Translations under genes and position numbers: made by a program
Part shown: piece after piece, positions 1 through 15,211 of the stretch
Layout: each line of letters starts with the position of its first letter
How positions within the stretch are numbered: the first letter of the stretch is position 1
Notes under the pieces: generated by a model
Told to the model about the DNA's origin: nothing
The model's database searches: none
Seen by the model: only the letters and a program-made list of their open reading frames with translations
Assembly: GCA_951406725.2 (NCBI GenBank)
Contig: OX597837.1
Coordinates: forward strand, 16,740,001-16,804,000
Direction: 5' to 3'
DNA from: Octopus vulgaris
Lineage: Eukaryota
Length of the DNA: 64,000 nt

Positions 1-7
1 CTGAGTA

Positions 8-3026
<3,019 letters not shown>

Positions 3027-3039
3027 TATGTATATATTT

Positions 3040-3149
3040 GCGTGTGTGTTTGTCCTCCCACCATTGCTTGATAATCGATGCTGGTGTTTATGTCCCTGTA
3101 ATGCCCATACACCAGAATGGGCGCAGTCACTTCTTTGACTGAAACAAGT
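3040..3149 (+). mobile_element. Short, internally deleted SINE-like fragment
   Basis: GTGTTTGTCCTCCCACCATTGCTTGATAATCGATGCTGGTG...GCAGTC...TGACTGAAACAAGT resembles an abundant cephalopod SINE body (recognised from memory, not searched). Confidence 0.45.
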
Positions 3150-4342
3150 GGTGGGGGGGGGGGAGATGTGTGTGTGTCTATATCGAATAAATTAGAACTC
3201 TGCTATACACATTGAGTACTCTCATTCGATTCGTCGAGCATCAATGCACGTTATATGATTAGACAGGGAAGTAAATTCCTCGGAACTTAGCAATGCAAAA
3301 TGGCTTGGAAATCCTTAATATTCAACTATAAAGAGAGGAAGGAAAAAATGAAGTATCCATTAATGAGAACTGCAGCAAGCGAATTATAGAACGGAGAGAA
3401 TTTTGTTTATCATAACACCAAGAACGAATGAACATTCCAGCTATAGCAGTAAATCTCGACCATCTTTTTCCTCTGATTATTTTATTCGTTTCATTCGATG
3501 CTTAAAAATTAGTTTTATAATATAGTTTGAAAATTCCTATTATGCTTTTCACATACTTGTGTGAAGTCGAACTGTGCAAAACGTTAAAGAAACAGTAACA
3601 TTTTGCAATACATCTACATCAAAATTTTTCATGGACCCTTAAAATACTACCTGTGGATCTCCAATTTACTATTTAGCTTTTGTGGACCTCTAGGGGTCAT
3701 ATGGATCCCGGCTGAGAGTCAATGAGCTATATTAACACTCCAACTAGTTGCCATTTAATAAAATGATGGTAAGATTAGAATCCATCAGATAAAAACGTGT
3801 GTGTATAATCTTTATATGATGATTCACACCGTCGCTCGATGTAATAATTTTTTTCAGGCAACAATAGAAATGAATCATTTTAAAACGTTAGTCAAAAACG
3901 AGTATACGAGAGAGGGAAAATAAGACTGCAATAGACAAAATTATTTAGAATCCCACAAAGAAAATGCGAACCAAATGTATGAAATTCTTTACATATAACT
4001 ACGGGTGGGAGGCACGAAAATGATGTTTCAGAGCTTACATATGTGCCTGTACATATATACACACATAGAGAGAGGCTGGTTCTGGAAATGCCTCAGTATT
4101 TAATATATAAAAGCAAAAATGACTTTTAATTTTATATAGCCTATCTTATTTAAATGCTTCTAAGTCATCCAGTACATTGTTTAAGCATTCTGAAACGTGA
4201 TTGCTCAGAGTTCAAGAAGCTTCTAATACACAGACTACCAAGACAAAGCTTTTATATACTGTAATCTTTGACCGACATATATTATCCTCGTACGTCGAGG
4301 AATAAAAATGAACTTTCGTATGCATCAAGTTACTTCATATTT

Positions 4343-4378
<36 letters not shown>

Positions 4379-4746
4379 CCAACAACGTCATAGTTATGCG
4401 TATATTGTACATACAACACACTTAAGCAAACTCCCACACAAATCGGAAAATACCAAAAAGAGAAAAATGTGTATGTGGGGGAGTCTATTAGGTACTAACT
4501 GTACGAAATATTAGTAATAGAATGAAAAGAATGGAATAGTCATGGTTGGAACGACTTTAATTATTGATTTTTGCAGGATTTAAAAGAATTGATCAGATGA
4601 GAGATGACGTCGAGAGTACATCTAGAATAATAGTAGTTATAATTATAACTAAAATGTGAAAATTTTCCAAACACGAGAAAGAAAAAAAAAAAATTAGAAA
4701 GAACCGGCATCAAAATAAAAAAAATGCGTCAGTATCGAGTGAAGAT

Positions 4747-4965
4747 ACTTACCAGAATATTTCTGCACATTGATCGTAACAAATATAGTATATTCGCTTC
4801 TACAGCGATTTCCACCAATAAACAAAAAGCTGTCCGACAAGACAACTGAAGACGAAGAGCGACACAACAACTTGGCTGGAGTGATTGCAGTCTCACAGAT
4901 AAGGAGGAAACATGGCTACCGTACTCTTACGGACATGACGTCACAACATTCGGAGGTCACGTGAT
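4747..4965 (-). promoter_or_regulatory. Possible promoter/first exon of a minus-strand host gene
   Basis: CRE TGACGTCA (4936-4943) and E-box GTCACGTGAT (4956-4965) in CpG-retaining unique DNA; consensus minus-strand donor CTG|GTAAGT at 4753/4752. Confidence 0.3.
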
Positions 4966-5013
4966 AGGATTAAAGGCCATGTCGCGTTGATTCGTATTCA
5001 TTTTCTTTTTAGA

Positions 5014-5477
<464 letters not shown>

Positions 5478-6149
5478 GTGCAGATATTTTATGTGCTTCA
5501 ATACTTTTTATTAACGAAATAGTTTTCTTAAATGCATGACTAACTCCCAATCTTGATATATCAGGATGACAAATAGCTTGACTCATTGACTAGAAAAGTT
5601 ATATTATTTTTAAAAAAAAACTTCTGCCAAGACGATTGATCTTCCCCACCCACAAAAGTGTCTTATCTGATACCAGAGTCCTGTACTATTTTCATTGGTC
5701 AGTTTAATAGCTGATTCATTGTGAAATCAAAGATTAGGTTGCTAAATTTAGGCTCATTTCATCATAATTATTTTTGTGAATGTGATCAGCAACAGTAGTA
5801 ACAACAACAACAATTCAATAGAAATAGTGAAAACAACCACAACAGCAACTAAACTCACCAACATCGTTATTCCAATATGTCACCAGATGGAAAGTTTGAA
5901 TGAAAAAAGTAGTAATATATCACATCATACAACACACACAAACAACTTTTTAGACAGAAAATTTGAAAACAACTGGAAAGAATTGTTTGCTAGTATAGCT
6001 TTTGTTCTTTCTCCAGCAGTTTACATACAGAATTTTAAAACGTTCAGATCAATGATCCAGAAATATTTTTATTGACCAACCACTCTAGTCCAGCTACTCT
6101 TATTCACAAGATTTTACAGTAGGTTCATATATATATATATATATATATT

Positions 6150-6390
6150 TCTGTAAATGTTATATGTGATAATTATCTGTAGCCATGATAAAACTCTGAG
6201 TTTCAGATGCCTAGTTCATGGCCGAATTACTGAAGAGATGGCGGCGTGGATTTCCATCTCGGCATCCGAAACTCAGAGTTTTATCATGGCTACTGAATAA
6301 TTGTCACATATTACATTTACAGATAAATTCCTCTATTTACATAATATCGATTGTCCCTTTCATTCTTTTGTTGTCTTACCATTTTTATCA
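6150..6390 (+). mobile_element. Penelope-like terminal-repeat fragment with inverted duplication
   Basis: About 61-bp inverted arms (6151-6211 / 6261-6322), a CTGAAGA...GAAAC motif, and (TA)n on both sides. Confidence 0.55.
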
Positions 6391-6592
6391 ATATATATAT
6401 ATGTATGTATATATATGAAGTTAAATATATGTCAAGTCATAGAGTGACCAATGGTTTTTCATCCATAGAGTGCTTGGCTTTATAGACTTGTCAGACTCCA
6501 ATGGCTGTAGATATATATTCTCTACACAAACAGGAGGCAGAAAACCGTCATAGTCAGTTAATTAGTAAGTAAACAAAGAATATTCTATACTG

Positions 6593-6812
6593 CAGTGGTT
6601 TTCAAATCAGGGTTCCGTGGAACCTTAGGGTTCTGCCAGTACAGTTCAGGGGTTCCGCAAGAAGTTACAAAAATGCTAAAATCGACAGTAATTTTTAATT
6701 CTCCTGTGCAGATATGTGTGCATAAGACAATTAAATTATTGCTCAGGGGTTCCTCGAGCCAGTGAAATGTTTTCTTGGGGTTCCGCTCCAGTAAAAAGGT
6801 TGAAAAGCACTG
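6593..6812. mobile_element. hAT-family MITE (220 bp)
   Basis: TIRs CAGTGGTTTTCAA / TTGAAAAGCACTG; perfect 8-bp TSD CTATACTG at 6585-6592 and 6813-6820; internal GGTTCC subterminal repeats. Confidence 0.93.
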
Positions 6813-7076
6813 CTATACTGTCTGAACCTTAAACAGGATGGGTTATCACCTTTAGATTGGTCTGATCAGCAAAATCTTATGGTTATAATTGACCCACAGG
6901 GAATCTCCTCCCTAATCAACAAATGGGAAATACCATGCCTGCAGCAGGTAGTGTCTAAAATGTAAACAGGGAAATAGATTACTTCTGGAGTTTAAGAGCA
7001 TCACTGGGTTGAGCGAGTCTTTAAGGATCCTTGCCCACTCTGCTATGCAAAGCATATGTATGTATGCATGTATGTA

Positions 7077-7948
7077 TTTTTTTATTTGTTTCAGCCATGC
7101 AGCTGAAGTACCACCATAGTTTTGTTGATTTCCTCAGGCTGGGAGGTTTCACATCACCACTCTTGCATGTTCTTTTGTCCCAGCGGTTGTCCCATTTGGT
7201 GTATGAGGGAATTTGATTCTGCTGCACTTGTCTGTACCTCATGCCAGGCTCTGTTCATTTTGTATTGTAGAGAGGAGGATGTCTGCTTTCTTTTTGAAGA
7301 CATCTACATCCACATTATGTAGATATAAAAACTTTGTGGCAAGGCATTGAAGAGTTGTGGGACTTTGAATCCTAGGCCTTTGCAGTACCTGGTCCTGAAT
7401 TTAGATGGAGTGGATGGTATGATACAATGACATTCCAGTTCTGGCATTTGTATAACATTCAATGCCAAAATTAGGTACTAAACCCTTCTAAAGTTTTTCA
7501 TATGTAGATTATTATATATCTGTTGTGCCTTTGCTTCAGGGAGTAAGTCACAGTTTTCTCAGCCTCTCCCTGTAGCTCATCCACTGCACTGTTTCAATCT
7601 CTTTAGTGAAGTGACATTGGACTGCTTCAAGGTCCGCTGTTAGTTTGGCATTATGTGATGACCATAGCTGAGAGCAGTAGTGAACAAAGGTCCTCCACAG
7701 GGTAAACATAATTTCTTGGTCTCTTAAAGGACTTTAGTATCCATTTCTTGGTCTCTTGAAGGACCTTAGTATCCATCCTACCAATTGTCTACACTTTGCT
7801 GCCATCTTCTTAATTTGCATATGAAATGATGCATCATTGCACATATCGATCTCCAAGTCTTTCACTACCTGTGACTCTGGGATTGCAGTGCCTTCAGGTC
7901 CTGTATATGCAGGCTGCAGTGCATTCATGAGTTGACAGTACAGTGCTT
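7077..7948 (-). mobile_element. Decayed 3' part of a CR1/L2-type LINE
   Basis: Fragments such as VVKDLEIDM..DASF..CRQLVGWILRSF; 3' end resembles the copy at 51340-51909; (TATG)n on both sides. Confidence 0.8.
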
Positions 7949-8016
7949 GTATGTATGTATGTATGTATGTATGTATGTATGTATGTATGTATGTATGTAT
8001 GTATGTATGTATGTAT
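7949..8016. repeat. (TATG)n microsatellite
   Basis: Seen directly. Confidence 0.95.
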
Positions 8017-11000
8017 GGTCGCTTGTATGTCAGGTCACTCATGAGTGCTACTGGTAACATAGAACCCAGTACATGTTGCATGGTTAGGTTGCCAGCAACT
8101 AAACCAGCACCCCCACCAGGCTTTTCTGGTGAGGAGTGTTGCTAGGAACCCAGCAGGACTAAAAACAAGACCTCTTAAAAGGCCAGATGAAGTTAGTGCA
8201 GGTTCAATGACTATCTAGCAATAGCACGAGTATGCAGAAATTCTGGGATGGTGTCCGACATGCTGAAGGCCACTGGGAGTGAGGCACCCCTGAACTCTTG
8301 CTGAAGCATGTTTCTAGGAGAAGGCTACTCTGATATAAAACCAGATATGCAGAGAATAGCATTAGACATTTTAGGGATCTTTTGCTTATGCTTGAGATCA
8401 TGGCACTCCCACATCCCTGAGCCAGCAACTTATATTGGTGCCTGACATCTTGCCTTGGCTTATCTCACAAGTCCTTATTGGACCTAAACTTTGCACAGGC
8501 ATTGCTGACCTTTTCCTTTACATGTGCATTCCTTTTCTTTTTTTTTCTTTTTAGATATATATTGATATATATTTTTATTTGGAAGTCCTGCAGTGATGGG
8601 AAAGTGGTGAAGCATGCAAACCTGATAGGCTGGAAGCATGTCATCAATGACCTGCATGTAGGTGGCCCATGTTAATATAAAGTAGTCTCCTTGTCACCTA
8701 AGATAGTGATAGGTTTCAGTTGCTGCATGGATGTCTGGGCAGCTCCATTTAGGGAGAGCTCCACTTACCTGGAGGCCAGAGAGGTTCTAGAAAAGGTGAA
8801 CAAAAATTGCCTGTCTTTCTCTATCTGGTCAGTTTAGCATGACTGTTGGATGTCAATCCTGTGCTCTCAAAGCAATGAGAATACTTGTAAAAATCTGGTT
8901 GGAACTTGAATATTTCAAGTTGGAATGTGCACACTCTGTGGGATAATAAGAGAGATTGTAGGCCTGAAAGACACACCGCATCTGTTACTTGGGAGCTGAA
9001 CTATTATAACACTGATATAGCTGCACTTTCAGAGACTTGTGTAGAAGGTGATGGTCAGCTTGAGGAAGTAGGAGGTGGATACACCTTTTTTGGAAGTGGA
9101 AACTGAAGGAGGAGTGCAGAGAGGCTAGTGCTTAAGGATTTCAGATTGAAACTGCAAAGCCAGCACTTTGGCTTTGCAGTTCAATCTGAAGTCCTTAAGA
9201 AGTTAGAGAAGCTTCTTGTTTCTTTCCTATAAATGATTCTCTAATGATTCTATGTTTGCACCTGAGGGGTGGGTGCTTTGCTACTTTAATAAGTGCTTAT
9301 GCACTTACTTTCACCAGTTGTGATGAAAATGAAGCTATTTTCTATACCCAACTGAGAGCTATACCTAGGAAAATCCCCAATTCTGATAAAGTCATTCTCC
9401 TGAAGGATTTTAATGCCAGGGTTGGAACAGATTGGCAGACATGGAACTCTCTTGGATGTTTTGGTGTAGGGAAGATGAATTGCAATAGTTTCATGCTTCT
9501 GGAGCTTTGCAAGGAATATGGACTTTACATTGCAAGCAATCATTTTAAGCACAGAGGTGATCACACAACAGCATGGATGAACCCAAGGTCTAAAGTTTGG
9601 CACTTGCTGGATTGTGTCATCATTCGCAAGTGTGATGTCTATGACATTTGTAATATCAAGTCCTTTCATGGTTCAGAGTACTGGACAGACCACAGCCTGG
9701 TGCAAGCAAAGTCCCAGATGATGATCCCAATGAAAGAAAGAAGAGGGCCAGTTGGCATTCCTCGGCATCTAAATCTCCATAAGATAGATGATGCTGTGGT
9801 GAGGAAAGAACTTCAGAATTGTTTATCCAGCATTGAAAATACTACAATGTGGGAAGATTTCTGAGACTAGGCTCTTCAATATGCTGCTGAAACACTGGGA
9901 CATGCTACTTCCAGACACATAGACTGGTTTGATGAAAATGATGCTGAAGTTCAGGGACTATTGGTTGTTAAGTGCCATGCCCACAGTATATTACTGCACT
10001 GAGGACTTTCAGTTGTGCAGCAAAATCCAACACTTGCCCACTAGAGCAGTGTAAAATCACTACTGCAGTGATATCTCAGGAAGATGCAGAACACCTGGTG
10101 TGGGGACCTTGCATGTGATGTTCAGGCTGCTGCTGATGCAAATAACAACAAGAAGCTTGACCATCTTATGAAGCAAGTTACTCCTTTGCATTCCAAGGAG
10201 TCTTCTACTATGTTTATTAAATCAACAGAGATCACAGGTCACTTGATTGGACATTTTTCTGAACTCTTAAACTGTGAGACAATTGTCCATGAAGCCGTGA
10301 TTGACACTATGCAACAAAGACCTGTCATTAGCTCCTTAAATTCCATGTCCTAAATAGGTGAGATAATGACAGCAAGAAGTAAATTAAATCTTAGTAAGGC
10401 ACCTGGTAGGGATGGTATTTGTGCTGAGGTCCCGTGATCACATCACATAGTCCCTTAATGAACTTATTAGTGTAATCTGGAGGAATGGTGCAATGCCTAA
10501 GGCCAGGAAGGATGCAATTATTCTTCCTCTCTATAAAAGAAAGCCAGAGTAGAGTGTGGCAATTACAGAGGTATTGCTCTACTATTAGCTGCTGGCAAGG
10601 TTCTGGTAAGTATTCTTACCAGAAATATATAACATATGTATAACATATATAACATATATAGAAATATATAACATAATTTCACTAACCAAATTAATAAATG
10701 GGGGAGCTCCCATATTACAAATACATAACAAAAACATCAATAAACTCATTATAGGATTATAATTAATTATTCCTCCACATAAAAATAATCTTCGTCTATT
10801 AATCTTTTCATAAATTAAATTTCCAAACAAAATATCATGTCTTGTAAATGATATCCTATCTGAATCTCAATGTGGTTTCTGATCTGGAAGAGGAATGATG
10901 GATATGATTTTCACAATGAGACAGATGTAGAAGTACTATGAGCAGAATATGTATCTTGTCCAGATATTCATTTATTCAACCAAGGCCTTTGATACTGTGA

Positions 11001-11200
11001 ATAGGGTTTCCCTATGGAAAATACATGGCAAACCTGGATGTCCAGATCACTTTGTATCAATAATCAAATCATTTCATGATGGAATGGAGGCTTGGGTCAA
11101 TGTTAGTGGTAGCATGGCGGGACCCATCCCTGTAGAGAATGGTGCCAAGCAGGGTGGCACCCTTGTCCCAACTCTCTTTTCTCTGTACTTTGCTGCTTTT
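8017..11200 (+). mobile_element. Decayed RTE (BovB-like) LINE: probable 5' UTR, AP endonuclease and partial RT
   Basis: SSWNVHTL..DIAALSET, ISAYALT, LKDFNARVG, WMNPRSKVWHLLD, TDHSLV (APE); NYRGIALL, ESQCGF, KAFDTVNR, GAKQGGTLVPTLFSLYF (RT); many stops; 5' boundary approximate. Confidence 0.9.
10650..10832 (-). pseudogene. nad4: NUMT: mitochondrial NADH dehydrogenase subunit 4 fragment inserted in the RTE
   Basis: In the invertebrate mitochondrial code it reads LFGNLIYEKINSRSLFLCGGMINYNPMMSLLMFLLCICNMGAPPFINLVSEIMLYISMY, with the ND4 hallmarks YE..SRS and NMGAPPFINL.SE; it interrupts the RTE between GKVLVSILT and LVNDILSESQCGF. Confidence 0.9.
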
Positions 11201-11204
11201 CAAA

Positions 11205-12100
11205 ATAAATAAAGTCATTTCCCAATCATATAGTTTTGGGTTCAGTCCCAGTGCTAGGACTTGGTACTTCTTGACTTTCTTGTCCACTGTCTTCGCAATA
11301 TTCTGGTCTGCAGGTATGTTGCAAAGATCTGTTCTATCTTCTTCTTTAAAAAAACCATGTCTTAACCATCTCCATGATTCCCCATCACCTTCATCCAATA
11401 TTTGCTGAAAACTCTCTGTGTAGGACTTTCTCTTTCCATTTGATGATCTTTTCTCTGTTCGTCCTTATGTTGTAATCCTGGAGGGTCTCAACATTGTCAC
11501 TGGTCACCTTCTCATTGAGTGAAGCCTGCAACATTCTTTCAGCACTATTCCCCAGATAGGCGTGTAAGGACTTGATCTCCTTCATAACACTGTCTTCAGT
11601 TCTTGCACCCCCAAATCATCCATTTATAGCATGTGGTAATTTGGTCTTATGTTTTTCTGCAGTTTGTAACCAGCTTCCATCTTTTTCACAACCATGGAGA
11701 ATCGTAGCATACTAACAATAAACATCAGGTATAACACAGTCTCCTCGAAAGATTCCTGTCTTGATGTTGACTTGTCCAATTTCCCTCCCACCTGCAGTCA
11801 AAACTGGCTTCCAGTTCCTTATACTGTTTTTCTATAAATAAATCATATTTTTAGCTGCCCTGACTATCTCCAGGCATTTTAAAATCTATGAGTGAGGAAC
11901 TATATCATATGCATGTGCTTGATAGGCTTATCAACCTTCTCTGATAATTCCTTAAAATTGCCTTATCTATAACCAACAGATTTTTTGTTCCTCATGATCC
12001 CTTTCTTCAGCCTTACTGTTCATTCTCTTCCAAGATGTTTGTACAATTTCTTTCTCATTATTCCAGTTAGAAGCTTCCACATCACAGGCAAATAAGCAAT
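11205..12100 (-). mobile_element. Decayed R4/Dong-type (RLE) LINE fragment
   Basis: Minus strand: CL..MWKLLTGI, GIFRGD, KWKEKVLH..F, IAKTVDKK; similar to 21379-24126. Confidence 0.7.
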
Positions 12101-12212
12101 TGGATGATAGGTTACTGGTTATGGATCATCATCATGATCATCATCGTCATCGCCATCTTCCTCCTCATCATTGTATTATTATTGTTATTATTATCATTAT
12201 TATTATTAAACA

Positions 12213-14755
12213 TTATACTTCTGGTTGGAAGGCTAGAAAGTCAGTTGAAGCTTGACAGGTATTTTTGTTCTCAAAACTATATTATTGATATTATTGTTTA
12301 AAAGCATAAGACAGTAGTCTTTGTCCCCAGAAAAAAATGAGCTAAATAATATTTGGACTTTGTGCCTGAATATTTTAGTATTTGCGAAATGTTTACACAT
12401 TTGCAAGTGAGAAATGAGGTGTGAGGTGGGTGTAACTTTCTAACACAAAACAAACCAGTTTATAACAGCAGGAAAAGTCATGTAAATGTAATTTTCACTG
12501 ACACAAGTAACAATTTCAAGGACAAAATTGATGAGTAGAAGAACAATAAAAGTTAGAGTCCTCAGAATAACACCAAGTATCAACATATGGTGGCTCATGG
12601 GATATGTGATCATGGAGGGCAGTAGCACCCTCCTCCTAAAAGTCCAACGGACACAAAGAGAGAACTAGGTTGAGATAGATTTGGAAATGCTAATACAAAT
12701 AAAGCCACAAGACTTGGAAAACATCCCAGACTATGTCTGCCTCAAGGGTAGGAGGAAATTACTCTTGACCACCGAGGGCAGAAGGCCTCATTGCTTCGCT
12801 TGTCATGAAGCAACACACCTACAAGCACTCATCCCTCAGCAAAAAGGTACAGGGGTCCATAGACCTCTGTTGACACCAACATTATGGCTGGGAAAACAAA
12901 AACAGGACCAGCTGTAGAAAGATCATCACCAACAATAGGGAAAGCAGCAAAAATAGCAACAACACCAGCAGGAAAACTGTCAGAGAGGTCAACCACAAAA
13001 ACCAACACCTCGCAACCAAGCTCAACAAACTCACCCTCTAACAAACAAACACGCAGAAAAAGATACACATACAAACACGAATTCACTTCCACACAAAGAA
13101 GAGGAGGTTGCAACTGGCACTATTTCTATCACATTGAAAAGTGATGATGAGGGGGAACAGATTAAATCCAAAAGACCAAAAAGAAGTCACAGAAGTGAGG
13201 CATTTTGTCCTGCACCAAAACAAGATAACAAGAAACTGCACTCGCACCCACAACAAACACAGACACTCAGACAACTCCTGAGGCACCACAATCATCAACT
13301 AAAGCATCACAAGCACCAAAAACCCCACTGCAGACAGAAAAAATCCCAAAAGGAAACTCACACTGCAAACACCATAAGAAAAACAAGAAACAATGATGCA
13401 GGCAGCTAACTTTGTGTTAGTAAGGAGAGCTAACAAAAACCTGATGGCTCCTCTTATCAATAATGGAAGACATTGAAAAAAGGTGGGGGAAATCTTGGAC
13501 TAGCATGTGCAACATGCCAAAAACTGAATGATGGTGAGGATGAATTTGGACACTATCCAAACAATTAGGGATGTCTTTCCACACAATGTAGGGATCACTC
13601 AAGTAAATGCCAATGAAAAGGCTTCTCTATAAGAGTTCCAAAAGGAGCCCAATGAAGAAATGGAGGCGGGATCACCTGATCTCCAACAGCACTCAGTGTG
13701 TGGAGGACTGGGCATGCCATGGCTGATGATATGCAGACGTGCACTGATGTTGCGGCATCTCCAATAATACATTAATGGTGAGCAGGTGTGGTCACTGTTT
13801 GCTGGACGTGCTTTTCCACAGCTCGACTCCTTAACAGGGATACAGTCCTGGATCGGGCATAGACTGAGGCAGGGGCCTTGGCATCTTGAGTGTCTTCAGT
13901 GCTAACAGCCCTCAGCCAATCATGTAATGCGGTCTGTGGAAGTTCCACATTGGAGTTTATAGGGGATTATGGAGGGAAAGAGTGATGATGTTCTTAGAGA
14001 TGTTCTGGACATCAGGAGGGATCAACTGGCTGGCCTTTTCTGAAGGACTTTCATACTTGGACCTATGGATAACTTCCAGAAATCCCTGGTCTGGTAATGC
14101 TACCAGGGGATCTCTGCCGGTTCACTATATGCTCTACAGGCACAGGTGTGCAATCAGACAGGCACCTAGAGCAATGAAATCATTCTGCATGCTCTCGTAC
14201 AGTGTCCACACATTGTGAACTTGTAGAGCTTTGTCAAACAGTTATTGTCATGTGTAGGACGGATCCAGCTGTCATCCAAGTCCATCTGTTGGGTGGCTAT
14301 GGCAAAAGGGGTTATGTGGTGGACGTGATTGAAAGGTTTGAAGATGGATACCTTCCACTTCATTGATTTTTTCAGGTTCCACCTGAAAAGGAAAGTGAGA
14401 CTGGAGAGAGAGGTGCTGTTTCCCAGTAAGTTTGTTGAAATGTGGGTGAATGTGACAAGAATTGCCTGTGTGAATGGACCTACTTTAAGTGTGTACGTGT
14501 AGGCCGGATGGAATGCAGAGGAGAGGAGTGCCTACCTGAGGTGCTTTTGGTGTTATGGAGTCCAAAGTGTGTGAGATTTCTTTGGTCACCTCTCAGTGGA
14601 ACTCCCCGCTATTGGGGAAATACATTCTTGGTTTAATCTCCTTGTTAATTGTTGTTTATTTTTTTTGTTTGCTTTTTACATGCTTAACCCCACTGTCACT
14701 TGTCTGTGTATCATCATTTATGTTTTGTGTTCAGCCCTGGTGGCCAATAAAGAAT
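12213..14755 (+). mobile_element. Decayed, internally deleted Tx1/L1-type LINE (copy A)
   Basis: 5' UTR matches 31735-31815; ORF1 remnant EGRRPHCFACHEATHL (knuckle); jumps to the ORF2 C-terminus (GGLGMPWL); ends GGCCAATAAA then (TTA)n; preceded by (TTA)n. Confidence 0.85.
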
Positions 14756-14785
14756 TTATTATCATTATTATCATTATTATTATTT

Positions 14786-14844
<59 letters not shown>

Positions 14845-14845
14845 T
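14756..14845. repeat. (TTA)n microsatellite shared by two facing LINE 3' ends
   Basis: Seen directly. Confidence 0.9.
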
Positions 14846-14849
14846 TTCA

Positions 14850-15050
14850 GTAGTCTTATTTTCATAACGTGCTTTCACTGCACAACTGAGCACAACTCTG
14901 TGTGCCTTGGGTTTGTGCCCTGGTTTGCGGTTATGCTCTTATTATCACTGTATTGAAAGTGTTTTATGTAGGATGTGTGTGATGCCTTGTAGTGCTATTT
15001 TCTGTATGTTATATATATTTGTAAGTCATGGTGTTTTTGTTATGTATTTG
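14850..15050 (-). mobile_element. 3' end of an R4/Dong-type LINE
   Basis: Minus translation ..NIQKIALQGITHILHKTLSIQ* matches the Dong C-terminus (QK..L.GT.HILRK), followed by UTR and (TAA)n. Confidence 0.6.
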
Positions 15051-15205
15051 TCTGCGTCACTACGTTCTGAGTTCAAATTCTGCTTTGGCCAACTTTGCTT
15101 TTCATCCTTTTGGGGTTGATAAAGTTGGAATACTGGAGTTGATGTGAGTGACTATCACTGTCCCCTCAAATTTCGGCCTTGTGTCTATAGTAGAAATTAT
15201 TATTA
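15050..15205 (+). mobile_element. SINE fragment with Meta-like central domain
   Basis: B-box GAGTTCAAATTC, then ACTTTGCTTTTCATCCTTTTGGGGTTGATAAA; homologous to 31591-31735 and 47367-47593. Confidence 0.7.
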
Positions 15206-15211
15206 ATTATT

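Noticed and set aside
3620-3725. Second hAT MITE
   Set aside because: Only GGACCC-like subterminal motifs and one degenerate end; no TIR pair or TSD.
10585-10830. Nuclear membrane-protein exon or true mitochondrial contig
   Set aside because: Short ND4 piece embedded in a LINE, without splice signals or other mitochondrial genes; a NUMT.
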